64,000 bases of DNA from Chiloscyllium plagiosum (lineage: Eukaryota), in assembly GCF_004010195.1 (NCBI RefSeq), contig NC_057719.1, positions 43,988,847 to 44,052,846 on the forward strand, written 5' to 3'. Positions 62,251 through 64,000 of the stretch are shown piece by piece; position 1 is the stretch's first letter; each line of letters begins with the position of its first letter. Position numbers and translations under genes: made by a program. The notes below the pieces were generated by a model. That model was not told the origin of the DNA and searched no databases. It was given only the letters and a program-made list of their open reading frames with translations.

Positions 62251-64000
62251 AGCTCATTTGGCACACCACATTATTTTCCTTTCCATTTACTTTGTTGTTG
62301 ATTTAGTATTGTTGTTTTGTCCTAACATCCAAGTCAATTTCATATTCCAACAGAATTTAAGATTATTTTGCTCAACTTGATTATATTTTTAGTATATTGT
62401 CTCACCTATTCACTTTAGTCAGACAGACTCAGAACTTTAATTTGATTTCCGAGGACATAGGATTATCTCGTTAAAATAAAAGCAGGGCATATACTTTGTA
62501 GAGCCAGCCAGGAGAACTCTATACACATGAAGGCATTCATGATGGGACTCAAATAAATATACTATATGCTCAATGACAAAATGGATGTAGTTACATGAGG
62601 GGGTTTCTGTTCAGCCACCACACTGATTTCATATTTCAGCATTACTATGAAAGCACATTTTCTGCTAGCTGCCTGTGCAACTTACACGCAAATTGGGAGG
62701 TGAAGAGCTCCTGGGAAATAAATAGCTAAACCGGTGGGACCTGAGGAAGAATAAAATGAGGTTGCATGACACAAATAACCTCTATGCAGACAGTGTAAAG
62801 TGGTGTCTGTGTAAATTGCACATGTCACTGCACATCATAGCAACTAATTGCTTAAACAACTCCTGTTGCTAATTGTTCAAACAACTCATTCTGCAACAGT
62901 CAAGTACTCAAATTTCACCCAAGTAAGTGGAACTTCCAGCTGTCATTTGTCTATTTTAGACACAACCTATTAATGTAACCTTATTTCTTTCCTTGGTCTC
63001 TTAAGAATGTCTGCTAAAACATACATTTGGATAAAAAGGTTTGGTTTCAAGCTCATTTTCCAATGTAAATCACTCCATGTGTATCTATCTATGCTTTGTT
63101 AAAATTCTACATTTGCCTGTACTGTCTAATGCGAAGCTTTGAAAGATTTTCCCCTTCTCTGTTTTAAATTCCTATGTGCACTTTTGTACTGGATTTTGCC
63201 AATATAAACTTGTCACAAGTATTGCACTGTAAGGTGGCTTTGCAGGTGCTTTTTTATCCCCAGCAGAGTACCAACACGTAAATATTTTACCCTTTGATAC
63301 CCACAACCTACATTAATTTTCTCCAAATTTTAGGCTCTTGCTGTCCTTCAGCATCTGAATTCCACTTGTTCAAAAATTTAAAATACAAGCTGTGGTTCTC
63401 TCAACTTTCTTTATGCCATCTTCATCCACCATGGGCCTCCAAACTTTGTCCTTATGAAATGAAATACACCTTGCCTCCAGGCTCCCCACCTAGCTGTTGT
63501 CAAGACTTTCCCACCCAACTCATGCAGCTGCTTCTCATGTCCGTTATATCTGTGACCCTGTTCCAAAAGCAGCTATTGTTTTAAATATCCCACTATCCCT
63601 AACAGTTGCTTTAATTCAATGCAGATTGTTTACACTGAAATTTATTCAGTATTTTTCTTTGCTGCTGTGATGCTAAGACATACTCATGATCTTGCTACTC
63701 TCTTCAGTTACTAGGCTGGAATCTTTCCGGGCCCAGTGGTTGTATCTAATCTGATTAAAGGTGTATCTGCTGAGGTGAAGCCTGTCTGTACTTGGTTAAG
63801 AAAGAATGCCTACATCCCCAAAGATGTAGGCTAGCATCACACTCACTTTCAACAATTTGAAAAGTTTAGAATAATTTTTAATATCTTAAATTTTGACACA
63901 GTTATTTGATTTTCTGAAAGAAAGTGACATATACATACATACATACATTTACAGAGAGAGTGGAAATGAGAAAGGAAATCAAACTGAATAAAAATTTACA

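Noticed and set aside
39819..64000. Expected upstream NIN exon (PKYVRGGKRYGRRSLPEF-like)
   Set aside because: Not found by eye. It probably lies beyond the window, although I could have missed it.
1..64000. Prokaryote-style systems (CRISPR arrays, operons)
   Set aside because: The sequence is clearly spliced vertebrate DNA, and no regularly spaced repeat-spacer array is present.

Overview
Vertebrate genomic DNA, AT-rich and repeat-dense. HE1-type V-SINEs, HER1/CR1 LINEs and Deu-domain SINEs point to a shark or ray. The whole window lies inside one minus-strand gene, ninein (NIN, centrosomal dynein adaptor). I can place 13 consecutive coding exons between 39818 and 1312 with consistent splice phases (3704 nt, probably exons ~6-18). 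They include a GC-AG intron and the giant frame-symmetric coiled-coil exon, which carries a ~38-aa repeat array. Neither the start nor the end of the gene is in the window, and 39819-64000 appears to be one long intron. The introns hold CR1/L2 LINEs, SINEs, Harbinger transposase relics, Gypsy gag/pro relics, a solo LTR and several Penelope-like retroelements (PLEs). The most notable signal is a set of at least three PLE-type terminal-repeat families that each carry a minimal type I hammerhead ribozyme. They occur as tiny (about 90-500 bp) TSD-flanked insertions, either single copies or fold-back palindromes, and their 5' ends or inversion points map onto the ribozyme itself. Three motifs with intact catalytic cores lie in sense orientation within the NIN pre-mRNA. 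Identifications rest on manual reading and recalled family motifs; no database searches were run.
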